Positions 19,354-28,059 of a DNA stretch of 64,000 nucleotides are shown piece by piece. The position numbers were made by a program, and so were the translations under genes. Below the pieces are notes generated by a model. It saw only the letters and a program-made list of their open reading frames with translations. It searched no databases and was not told the origin of the DNA. Source of the stretch: an uncultured virus (IMG/VR IMGVR_UViG_3300009376_000002) (Duplodnaviria > Heunggongvirae > Uroviricota > Caudoviricetes); the IMG/VR virus record IMGVR_UViG_3300009376_000002; one strand, 5' to 3'. The stretch's first letter is position 1, and each line of letters opens with the position of its first letter.

Positions 19354-20957
19354 TGGCTTCTAAGCCAGGAAAACAAGCTCAAGTAAAAGAGATCATCCAG
19401 TGCGGAAAAGACTCTCTTTACTTCATGCAAAAATATGTAAAGATCCAGCATCCCACTAGAGGTTTGATCTCATTTGACACGTTTCCATTTCAAGATGACT
19501 GTGTCACGCATTTTAACGATAATCGATTTAATGTTATTCTCAAGTCCCGACAGCTAGGGCTCTCCACCCTGGTCGCGGCCTACGCATTATGGATGGGGAT
19601 CTTCCAGCGAGACAAGAACATACTGGTTATTGCGACAAAGCTTTCAGTCGCTCAAAACTTCATTAGAAAAGTCAAGGTAATGCTGAGGTCACTACCTCCG
19701 TGGCTTGTATTACCTGAAGTTACCGCTGATAACAAGCAGACAATAGAGTTTAGTCACGGCTCAGTTATCAAGGCTATTCCAACCTCCGATGATGCAGGTC
19801 GTTCTGAAGCGCTGTCGCTTCTCATTATAGATGAGGCCGCATTCGTTAAGAACTTTGATACGCTGTGGATGGGTTTATATCCTACCTTATCCACAGGTGG
19901 TCGAGCCATTGTTCTCTCTACTCCAAATGGCGTGGGCGGTCAATATCATAAGCTCTACACAGAAGCAATGTTAGGTGAGAATGAGTTTAACTCAATTAAC
20001 TTACCCTGGAGCGTGCATCCAGAGAGAGATGAAGAGTGGTTCCAGAGAGAAACTCGCAACATGTCAAAGAGGCAGATTGCCCAAGAGCTTCTGTGTGACT
20101 TTGTGGCATCAGGTGAGACATTTCTTCAATCTGATCATCTTGAGTGGATTAGGGAGAATATTCGAGAGCCAAGAGAAAGAAAATTTGAAGACAGGAATTT
20201 GTGGGTCTGGGAGAACCCATTGTCTGCTCACAAGTATGTAATGTCTGCAGACGTCTCTCGAGGAGATGCAAAGGATTATTCCACATGCCACGTCATCGAT
20301 GTTACGACATCGGAAATTGTCGCTGAATACAAAGGTAAAATACCACCAGATAGATTTGGGGAAATGCTAGATGATCTAGGGCGTCAGTACAACAATGCTT
20401 TACTAGCCCCTGAAAACAACACCTTTGGCTACACTACTGTTATGAAACTAAAAGAGCTTAATTACCCTAATCTTTACTATCAAAAAGCCCGCGGTGTTTA
20501 CCTGGGAAGCTACACACCCCAGTCTGAGAAAGAAGTGGGTGGATTTTCCACGCAAGGACAGTCTCGAGTTCAAATTATTTCTAAGCTCGAAGAGATGATT
20601 CGTAACAAGATGCTTAAGACATACTCACAGCGCCTTTATGATGAGCTTAAAACCTTTGTCTGGAAAGGGCAAAAACCCCAGGCAATGAAAGGCCAGCACG
20701 ATGATCTCGTGATGAGCTTAGCGATTGGAACCTGGCTTTTCGATATATACGGAGGCGGTGGCGGATCGTCTAATTCTGACCTTAACGAAGCAATGATCGC
20801 AGCAATGTCTACGGAGTCTCGTCCTGCCTCTGATCTTTCTCAAGATAGAAGAGCACCGTTCCCTACCAACCCATTCAAACCTGTCCAGCAAGAATCGTGG
20901 GAAAAGGGTAATAAAGGGTTTGACCCTAAGAGAGATTATGACTGGTTGCTTAAATAG
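19353..20957 (+). CDS. terL: Terminase large subunit (T4 gp17-like)
   Basis: KSRQLGLST, LLIIDEAAF, LSTPNG ATPase motifs; nuclease SADVS and HDDLVMSLA. Confidence 0.95.
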   Translation: MASKPGKQAQVKEIIQCGKDSLYFMQKYVKIQHPTRGLISFDTFPFQDDCVTHFNDNRFNVILKSRQLGLSTLVAAYALWMGIFQRDKNILVIATKLSVAQNFIRKVKVMLRSLPPWLVLPEVTADNKQTIEFSHGSVIKAIPTSDDAGRSEALSLLIIDEAAFVKNFDTLWMGLYPTLSTGGRAIVLSTPNGVGGQYHKLYTEAMLGENEFNSINLPWSVHPERDEEWFQRETRNMSKRQIAQELLCDFVASGETFLQSDHLEWIRENIREPRERKFEDRNLWVWENPLSAHKYVMSADVSRGDAKDYSTCHVIDVTTSEIVAEYKGKIPPDRFGEMLDDLGRQYNNALLAPENNTFGYTTVMKLKELNYPNLYYQKARGVYLGSYTPQSEKEVGGFSTQGQSRVQIISKLEEMIRNKMLKTYSQRLYDELKTFVWKGQKPQAMKGQHDDLVMSLAIGTWLFDIYGGGGGSSNSDLNEAMIAAMSTESRPASDLSQDRRAPFPTNPFKPVQQESWEKGNKGFDPKRDYDWLLK

Positions 20958-21030
20958 CTTTACAAAACCCACAAAAGATTATATTTATTTGACGTAGTGC
21001 TCACTACCTCTAATGTAGGAGCGGCAAAGA

Positions 21031-22926
21031 ATGGCCGAAAACGATAATTTCTTTAATAGGCTCACCAGGCTCTTTAGATCTGGCCCACTTGTTAAGAGAA
21101 AAGTTAAAGCAGCGAGAGCTCCCAACATGGGAACTCTTCTCCAGCAGTTTCAAAAATCTCAAAGTCACGTTTACGCAAACGCGATCAGCGCATACGGGAT
21201 GTACGATCGCATGTCCCGATATGCCGACTTCCAGGAAATGGAAGCAACTCCTGAGATTGCATCTGCTCTCGACATCTATGCAGATGAGTCCGTATCACAA
21301 GATGAGGTCGGACGCTGCTTGCACATCTATTCAGAGAATGATAAGATTAGAAGGGTTTTAGAGGAGCTTTTTTATGACAACCTCAACATCGACTTCAATC
21401 TTAATCCATGGGCAAGAAATCTTTGTAAGTACGGGGACTTCTTTCTCTTTCTAGACATATCTCCAGAATACGGTGTCCTGAACGGGATTCCGATCCCTGT
21501 TAATGAGATCGAACGCGAAGAAGGCTTTGATCCTGATGATCCGATGGCAGTGCGATTCCGGTGGGTAACTCAAGGAAATAAGATTCTTGAGAACTGGCAG
21601 ATCGCCCACTTTAGGCTTTTAGGTAACGATGCATTTCTCCCCTATGGCTCTTCTGTTATCGAACCAGCACGAAGGATTTGGCGACAGCTTATCCTCATTG
21701 AAGATGCAATGCTTGTTTATCGCGTGATTCGTTCACCGGAACGACGGGTTTTTAAAATCGATGTCGGAAACGTTCCACCAGAAGAAGTTCAAAACTACAT
21801 GCAGCAGGCGAAGTCTGCGCTTAGAAGCTCGCAAGTTGTAGACAAAACTACGGGACGTGTCGATCTTCGCTACAACCCGCTTTCAGTTGATGAAGATTAT
21901 TTCCTTCCCGTCCGCGGCCAAGCAGATGGTACTGCTATCGATACACTTGCAGGCGGGCAGAACACCACAGCTATTGAGGATGTTGAGTACATCCAAAAGA
22001 AACTTTTTGCGGCACTTAAGGTTCCAAAGGCTTACTTGGGCTACGACGAAATGCTTAGCTCTAAAGCAACATTGGCCCAAGAAGATATTCGTTTCTCTAG
22101 GACGATCAACAAGGTCCAAAGGGTCATGATATCAGAGCTTAACAAGATCGCAGCTGTTCATCTTTATGCTAACGGCTTTGACGGAGAAGATCTTGTAGAC
22201 TTCACTCTTAAGCTTTCAAATCCATCAACCATAGCACAACAACAAAAGCTTGAGCTCTTTAGAACAAAGTTCGAAATCGCCGGCCAATCACCTGAAGGTA
22301 TGCTTTCTAGAGACTTCTTGAGAAAACGTGTTCTCGGTCTTACAAACGAAGAAATCAAGATGATTGAAGAGCAAAAAGAAGAAGATAAGATGCGTGATCT
22401 GGAGGTTGAAGCTATTACGCTTCCTGAGACTGAAGGTGAAGCTGCATCCCCTGCAGGCATTGACTTAGGCGAGGAAGAACCTGCCCCACCCGAAGAAGAA
22501 GATCTTGAGACAGCACAAGAGAAAAAGGGTGATGACTTACTTTTAGGGACTGATGATGTTCCCCAAGAGGAAGCAGAAGAAAAGCCGGCAAAATCCGAAA
22601 AGCCTGTAAAAGCAAGCTCAAATGTAAAGGGGCCCAACAAGCCACGATCAGCTAACAAAGCGTTTGATGGAAGAGTTTATCAACTGAGGCCGCAAGGTTC
22701 CCCGGGATACACAAGCTCTAAGAAAGAAAGATACATTAATAACAGTCTTGGTGACAAGGAAGCTATTAGCCCAGACTTAAGTGTTAGGTTCGAAAGTCAA
22801 GTGAATAGACAAAACCAGATGTCTGCACAGCTCAAACAGACTTTAAAAAGCCTTGAGAAAAGCATAGGTAATATAGGAAAGTCCTCTGCTTTGCTCGTTG
22901 AGGGAGATAATGATGACGAGACATAA
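21031..22926 (+). CDS. Portal protein (T4 gp20-like) with acidic C-terminal extension
   Basis: EIASALDIYADE, LIEDAMLVYRVIRSPERRVFKIDVGN, EDYFLPVR, DVEYIQKKLFAALKVP. Confidence 0.95.
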   Translation: MAENDNFFNRLTRLFRSGPLVKRKVKAARAPNMGTLLQQFQKSQSHVYANAISAYGMYDRMSRYADFQEMEATPEIASALDIYADESVSQDEVGRCLHIYSENDKIRRVLEELFYDNLNIDFNLNPWARNLCKYGDFFLFLDISPEYGVLNGIPIPVNEIEREEGFDPDDPMAVRFRWVTQGNKILENWQIAHFRLLGNDAFLPYGSSVIEPARRIWRQLILIEDAMLVYRVIRSPERRVFKIDVGNVPPEEVQNYMQQAKSALRSSQVVDKTTGRVDLRYNPLSVDEDYFLPVRGQADGTAIDTLAGGQNTTAIEDVEYIQKKLFAALKVPKAYLGYDEMLSSKATLAQEDIRFSRTINKVQRVMISELNKIAAVHLYANGFDGEDLVDFTLKLSNPSTIAQQQKLELFRTKFEIAGQSPEGMLSRDFLRKRVLGLTNEEIKMIEEQKEEDKMRDLEVEAITLPETEGEAASPAGIDLGEEEPAPPEEEDLETAQEKKGDDLLLGTDDVPQEEAEEKPAKSEKPVKASSNVKGPNKPRSANKAFDGRVYQLRPQGSPGYTSSKKERYINNSLGDKEAISPDLSVRFESQVNRQNQMSAQLKQTLKSLEKSIGNIGKSSALLVEGDNDDET

Positions 22927-23746
22927 TAAAAAAAGAAACTCTGGCCTTCTTTACGAGTTTTTAGTAAGAAAGATTTCTCGATCTTTAGTGGAGGGCGACA
23001 ATAGTAGCGCCAACATTTCTAAGAATATTCTAAAAAAATATTTTTCTACTGGGACCGAAGTTCACAAAGAGTACAGGCTTATCAATGCTCTTGTTAATGT
23101 TCCCGTAGGAAGTGAGGCTGTTGCACAAGCAGTTTTACAGGAAGCAAGAAATGCATCACGCAGGTTCGACTCTAAGATGCTGAGGACTGAGAAAGATAAT
23201 TTGATAAGAGAGATAAATCATGAATTTGGGCCTGAGGCAGTCTATGCTGAATCAGTTCCAGACTATAAGTCATATGCTACGGCTTCTACTCTTGTGAAGT
23301 ACTGGAGAGAAGAAAAGGAACTTGATCTTAGTACAGTCGTTAGATACGAAAAAGTTCTTATCGAATCTTTGGCACGCCCCCTTGAAGAAAAAATAATAGA
23401 GGAAGCAGATCCTCAAGTTGACAATCTCGTAGTCAAAGTTGCGACTGATAAGATGCAAAGAAAATATGAGACAAGACTGAATAAAACGCAATCAGATCTT
23501 ATCAATCTTTACGCAGTTGAAAACAAGCACGATGCCACGAGAGAGATGATTGAGGGCATCGTAGAAAGCACGCTGGCAAATTTAAAAGCTTACGGTGCAT
23601 CCCAAAATGAAAGTTTTGCAAGCAAGGTTCAAAGCGTATCTGAAAGCATTAGAAGCCTCAATATCGAAGAAGTCAATGATACCCTTATTGCTAAAACCCT
23701 GGAGATCGTTGAGCTAAATGAAGAATTACAGGGAGCTATAAAATGA
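22913..23746 (+). CDS. Hypothetical head-module protein between portal and protease
   Basis: GGAG at 22903 favours ATG 22910/22913 over TTG 22898. N-terminus RHNKKRNSGLLYEFLVR; predicted helical. Confidence 0.65.
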   Translation: MTRHNKKRNSGLLYEFLVRKISRSLVEGDNSSANISKNILKKYFSTGTEVHKEYRLINALVNVPVGSEAVAQAVLQEARNASRRFDSKMLRTEKDNLIREINHEFGPEAVYAESVPDYKSYATASTLVKYWREEKELDLSTVVRYEKVLIESLARPLEEKIIEEADPQVDNLVVKVATDKMQRKYETRLNKTQSDLINLYAVENKHDATREMIEGIVESTLANLKAYGASQNESFASKVQSVSESIRSLNIEEVNDTLIAKTLEIVELNEELQGAIK

Positions 23747-24366
23747 AATTATTGACCGAGTGCATGACATTTGAATATGATTCGAATCTTATTAAAGAGC
23801 AGGCGCAAACTGAGGATGGTAGATTTCTTATGAAGGGAGTTTTGCAGAAAGCAAATACTCTTAACCAGAATGGGCGAGTTTATCCCCTTGATATTCTCCG
23901 GAGAGAGGTGCAGAACTACCAGCGATTTATCGATGAAGGTAGAGCTCTTGGCGAACTAGATCACCCGGATACTTCTGTTGTTGAACTAAAGAATGTTTCT
24001 CATGTAATTCGAGAAGCACATATGGATGGCGACATCTGCTACGGAACTCTTGAGGTCCTAGATACACCGAACGGGCAAATATTAAAGAGCTTGGTTGAGA
24101 GTGGTATCAAGATAGGCATTTCTTCTCGCGGCGTAGGCTCTACGCGAAGCGAAGGCGGCCACCAAGTTGTTCAAGATGATTTCCAATTAATTTGCTGGGA
24201 TATCGTGTCAGAGCCTTCAACACCAGGTGCCTTCGTAATGAAGGAAGGTAGAGACCTAACACCGGATGAGATCGCCCAGGTTCAAGCTTATTTTGGTCCA
24301 GGAGACAAGATCAACCGGATCATGAATTCAATTTTAGAATGGAATGGAGACGCAAATGCCTCTTGA
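23743..24366 (+). CDS. Prohead core protease (T4 gp21-like)
   Basis: NQNGRVYP, ALGELDHP, VSHVI, GISSRGVGS, WDIVSEPSTPGA. Confidence 0.95.
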   Translation: MKLLTECMTFEYDSNLIKEQAQTEDGRFLMKGVLQKANTLNQNGRVYPLDILRREVQNYQRFIDEGRALGELDHPDTSVVELKNVSHVIREAHMDGDICYGTLEVLDTPNGQILKSLVESGIKIGISSRGVGSTRSEGGHQVVQDDFQLICWDIVSEPSTPGAFVMKEGRDLTPDEIAQVQAYFGPGDKINRIMNSILEWNGDANAS

Positions 24367-24811
24367 TTACCCAAACTGGGGCGCAGGTGATGTCCCATCT
24401 TACCAACTCTCAGGTGTGCCATTTGTTACATCATCAAATGGTGCTGAAGTGAGCACAACCCCAGTCAAGGTACAATTACCTGGCGTCTCAAGATTTCTAG
24501 TTATTAAAGAAACCGCAGGCCAGGATCTGAGAGTAGGCTTTTCCGTTGCTGGTGTCAACGGCACCGGAGGCGTTTCTGGCTCGGTTCCTACGAATCCAGC
24601 TGGTGGTGAGTCTGCTGCTGACAGAAGAAACTATTTTGTCGTAGAAGCTAATACTACTTCTCCCCGACTAGAGATTAGATGCAAGACCCTTTACTTCCGT
24701 CGCGACGGTTCCTCCGACGCCGGATTTTCCATCATCGCAGGAATCACACCAATAGGTACCAGCCAGTTCCCGCCTCTGACAGGATCCAGCGGATATGACG
24801 GGATCGGATAA
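24356..24811 (+). CDS. Hypothetical virion-module protein
   Basis: GGAG at 24346 favours ATG 24356; beta-rich sequence. Confidence 0.6.
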   Translation: MPLDYPNWGAGDVPSYQLSGVPFVTSSNGAEVSTTPVKVQLPGVSRFLVIKETAGQDLRVGFSVAGVNGTGGVSGSVPTNPAGGESAADRRNYFVVEANTTSPRLEIRCKTLYFRRDGSSDAGFSIIAGITPIGTSQFPPLTGSSGYDGIG

Positions 24812-25227
24812 TGAAATTGACCCGAGCTAAGCTTAAAGATCTTATAAAAGAATGCATTGTTGAAGTGCTAGCTGAAGGGCTTGGTGGAGCAACCTTGACC
24901 GAGGCTTCTGTGAAAGCAAAGCCGGCCAGAAATCATAAGAAAACACACACGCATACTCGGCGCAAGGCTTTGGATTCTATAAAATTCGACCAGCGAGTAA
25001 ATGAGGCTGCATCATCAATGACCGCAGATCCCGTAATGCAATCTATCTTTTCAGATACAGCAAAAACAACCCTTCAAGACCAGCTCCAGCACACGCATAA
25101 TTCTCCTTCCATCCCCCCGGGCGCTGATGCTGCAACACGTGCTGCAGCCCTTTCCACGCCCGAGGATCTTTTTGAAGGATCTTCTAATTGGGCTACCCTG
25201 GCATTTAATGACGGCATCAACAAATAA
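24811..25227 (+). CDS. Hypothetical protein, possible internal head protein
   Basis: TAATG coupling; N-terminal amphipathic KLTRAKLKDLIKECIVEVLAE. Confidence 0.6.
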   Translation: MKLTRAKLKDLIKECIVEVLAEGLGGATLTEASVKAKPARNHKKTHTHTRRKALDSIKFDQRVNEAASSMTADPVMQSIFSDTAKTTLQDQLQHTHNSPSIPPGADAATRAAALSTPEDLFEGSSNWATLAFNDGINK

Positions 25228-25274
25228 TTTCAAGTTTGTTTTGAGAGTATATTTACTACCGTTAGGAGAATCCT

Positions 25275-25772
25275 ATGGCACGCAATAAATTTTCTCACAA
25301 TAGCATGGGGAACCTTATAGAGGTTCGAAACCCTTCTAATCCCGGTCTTCCCGGAAATAGAAATGACGCTACGCTTAAAGAAGCTTTCGGATCTTCTCCG
25401 ATCTATTCTCCTGGTGCAGACAATACTGTTAAGAAGCAGTTTGAAAATCTAGTAATGCAAGGTGTCCTTGTAGGGGAGGGCCGCAAAGGATCTGGTTTTG
25501 GATTTTCCATTTTTAATAGAGACTTTGTCGATGCTCCTGAAGTTGAGGGAGTTGAGAAAGATAACAGTGGAGCCGCCGTGGCAAGTCCATACGTTCCTAA
25601 TGTTGCATCACCAAACTCTTCGGGACAAGTTGAAAAAGTTGTTGTTCCAAACCGACCTGCAGGCGGAGATTTTGTAGGTGACAGCTTAAGAGATCCAAAA
25701 AGCACCTCGGCAGATATTTCTAACGTGAAGATAGGTTCTTATGGTCTTGGCGTAAGCTCAAACCAGAGTTAA
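25275..25772 (+). CDS. Hypothetical protein
   Basis: AGGAG RBS and ATATTTA motif at 25249. Confidence 0.65.
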   Translation: MARNKFSHNSMGNLIEVRNPSNPGLPGNRNDATLKEAFGSSPIYSPGADNTVKKQFENLVMQGVLVGEGRKGSGFGFSIFNRDFVDAPEVEGVEKDNSGAAVASPYVPNVASPNSSGQVEKVVVPNRPAGGDFVGDSLRDPKSTSADISNVKIGSYGLGVSSNQS

Positions 25773-25781
25773 TATTTTTTA

Positions 25782-26345
25782 ATGTCAGCACTTTATGAAG
25801 CATACGTAAGCTTTCCGCGCTATGACGCACGAAGCGGGCTTGGTTATGGTGCTGCAGATTCTGCTGTAAAACCAGGCCTATCAGTCGGAAAACCGATGTC
25901 AATGCCTGGGCTCTATCCCTACAAAGAGCCTCCCACAGACGTCGATGACGACGGAGAAGACCTTCCCGCCAAGGACAAAAAGAAGGTAATTAATAAAGTG
26001 GGTGGCATTACTCGTATTAACGATCCTTTTTCTAGTAACTGGGTAGATAGAGGCGCTTTTGTTAACTGGGCAACTCGCCTTGATTTATACGAAGCAAGAA
26101 ACGCAGTAGACTTAGAGGACGTTGTAAGAGGACTCGAGGGAAGTAGTTCAACAGGTGGCATGAGTCAATTTGTTGCTATGGGAAATGGGGCGGGAATTTA
26201 TAAGACCCGGTATGGAAAAACAATAGGAATGGATATAGGCGGCAGGCCACAATCATATTCTGCGACAAAGACAACAAAGAAGATACCTCCATCTTTATCA
26301 GACTTTATCAAAGACTATCTAAGGGATGAAGATGAAGAGATCTAA
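25782..26345 (+). CDS. Hypothetical protein
   Basis: ORF fills the gap in a co-oriented cluster; no motif recognised. Confidence 0.55.
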   Translation: MSALYEAYVSFPRYDARSGLGYGAADSAVKPGLSVGKPMSMPGLYPYKEPPTDVDDDGEDLPAKDKKKVINKVGGITRINDPFSSNWVDRGAFVNWATRLDLYEARNAVDLEDVVRGLEGSSSTGGMSQFVAMGNGAGIYKTRYGKTIGMDIGGRPQSYSATKTTKKIPPSLSDFIKDYLRDEDEEI

Positions 26346-26559
26346 GAAGTTTCCCGCAGAATATGGTGTCGTTGTAAGGTCTAGACCAAGAGAAAGTACC
26401 GACAAATTAATTGCCCGTTTTAAGAGGATGTATAAGCGCTCTGGGTTACAAACTGAAGTAAGAGAAACGTATATGCAGCGCTTTATGTCAAGATCAGAGA
26501 AAAAGAGAATGAAAAAAAATAGAGCAAAGAGAAGGGCTCTGAAAAACAGCAAAGGGTGA
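26326..26559 (+). CDS. rpsU: Phage-encoded ribosomal protein bS21-like
   Basis: 77 aa, highly basic. VVVRSRPRESTDKLIARFKR...SGLQTEVRE...SEKKRMKKNRAKRR matches the bS21 pattern; lies directly before scaffold and capsid genes. Confidence 0.78.
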   Translation: MKMKRSKKFPAEYGVVVRSRPRESTDKLIARFKRMYKRSGLQTEVRETYMQRFMSRSEKKRMKKNRAKRRALKNSKG

Positions 26560-26606
26560 TTTTTTCTTCGAATAATCATATTTAACAGTGTAGATGGGTG
26601 AGGACT

Positions 26607-28028
26607 ATGACCAGTAATCTCTATGAAGAAGCCATTGCAGATGCTCGAAAGTTACGTGAGATAGCTGAGCAAAATGCTAAAAATGCGATCATTGAATCGA
26701 TAACACCAAAAATTCGTGACTTAATAGAATCCCAAATAATTGGGGACGAAGTGGATTTTGACGAATCTGATATCATAGAAGAAACAGCTGCTCAGGCTTC
26801 TCAAGATGATGATCAAGAATTCGATATGACTCCCGAAGCTGCGCAAGAGCTCAGGACCATGCTTGAAAACGATTCGCCTGAAGAGCAGGACGCTCCACCC
26901 GATCCCAATAGCGAAGAAGCTTCAATAGTTTCTTCTGCCGCTTATATCAAAGAATGCAATGAGTACATCGAGACAGTCCGCGAAGTACTCGAAAAAGTCA
27001 GGGGAACTAACCCGGCTGAACTTAATGAACAGGACTTACAAAAATATTTGGCTCTGGTCGCAATATCAGACCGAGCAGTTAATAAATTATCCGAAATGAT
27101 GGCAACCGCCGAAGGTATGCAAATCTTCGAAGGTGTCATCCAGAACTCTCAAGATCAGATTCACAACTTTAAAAAGGAGATAAAAGAAATGAAGAGATCA
27201 CTAAGGGACCTATTGTCCGAGGAAGTTATAACCATAGAGCTGGATCTCGGTGAGGATGCCGTAGTGGATTCTGAAGAAATCTCAGTTAAGGTTAAAGAAG
27301 AAGAGCCCCCACTTATCGACGCCGAAGCCGGCGAAGACGAAGAAGAGGGCGACGAAGATGTCGATGTCGAAGAAGTCGATGTCGATGTCGATGTCGATGT
27401 CGAAGAAGACAAAGTCAAAGTCGGAGAGCTTGAAGAGATGATCCTTGAGCTTGAAGAGGAAGAGGAAGAGGAAGAAGACATGGAAGAAGATGACATGATG
27501 GAAGGCCTCGACGACGACACTGTTCTTGAAATTGACGAAAACATGCTGCGCGAGGAGCTCGCTAAGATTATGCAAGAAAGCGAAGAGTCCGCAGAAGAAG
27601 TTATTGAAGAAGCCTCGGAAGAGGAAGAAGTATTAGAAGAAACGGCCGAGTCAGTCGCCACCGAGCAAAATGACGAACTCCAAGCCGAGATAGAGAGCTA
27701 TCAGAGCGCAGTTGCTGACCTCCAGTCACAACTCGCCGAGATGAGCTTGTTTAACGCGAAGCTGCTCTACACCAATAAGCTGCTAATGAATAGCGATCTC
27801 AGCCAGACCCAACGGGCACAGGCCATAGAAACGCTCGATGACGCCGCAAGCTTGCGAGAGGTGAAGCTTCTATTTAAGACTCTTACAGAGTCATTTAGTA
27901 AGCGCGCAGAGGATAAAACATCTTCTCGCAATATCGGCGGCGCAAGTCGTCCAACCAAGTCTGCATCAATGAACTTGAATGAGTCCACCGAGGCTAATCG
28001 ATGGGCATTGCTGGCAGGCATAAAGTAA
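26607..28028 (+). CDS. Prohead scaffolding/core protein (highly acidic)
   Basis: Immediately upstream of the capsid gene. EEAIADARKLREIAEQNAKNAIIE N-terminus, D/E-rich middle, C-terminal LFNAKLLYTNKL...RWALLAGIK. GAGG RBS before ATG 26607. Confidence 0.8.
   Translation: MTSNLYEEAIADARKLREIAEQNAKNAIIESITPKIRDLIESQIIGDEVDFDESDIIEETAAQASQDDDQEFDMTPEAAQELRTMLENDSPEEQDAPPDPNSEEASIVSSAAYIKECNEYIETVREVLEKVRGTNPAELNEQDLQKYLALVAISDRAVNKLSEMMATAEGMQIFEGVIQNSQDQIHNFKKEIKEMKRSLRDLLSEEVITIELDLGEDAVVDSEEISVKVKEEEPPLIDAEAGEDEEEGDEDVDVEEVDVDVDVDVEEDKVKVGELEEMILELEEEEEEEEDMEEDDMMEGLDDDTVLEIDENMLREELAKIMQESEESAEEVIEEASEEEEVLEETAESVATEQNDELQAEIESYQSAVADLQSQLAEMSLFNAKLLYTNKLLMNSDLSQTQRAQAIETLDDAASLREVKLLFKTLTESFSKRAEDKTSSRNIGGASRPTKSASMNLNESTEANRWALLAGIK
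27357..27401 (+). repeat. (GATGTC)n coding microsatellite, Asp-Val repeats in scaffold
   Basis: Two copies, a 9-bp interruption, then four copies of GATGTC. Confidence 0.8.
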
Positions 28029-28059
28029 AGAAAACTTTAAAATCTAAGGGAGATTTATA

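Noticed and set aside
27161..27661. Ser-rich minus-strand ORF and the other minus-strand ORFs in the track
   Set aside because: Antisense shadows of + strand genes (GAA/GAC runs read as Ser/Phe); no RBS or motifs, fully overlapped by confident genes.
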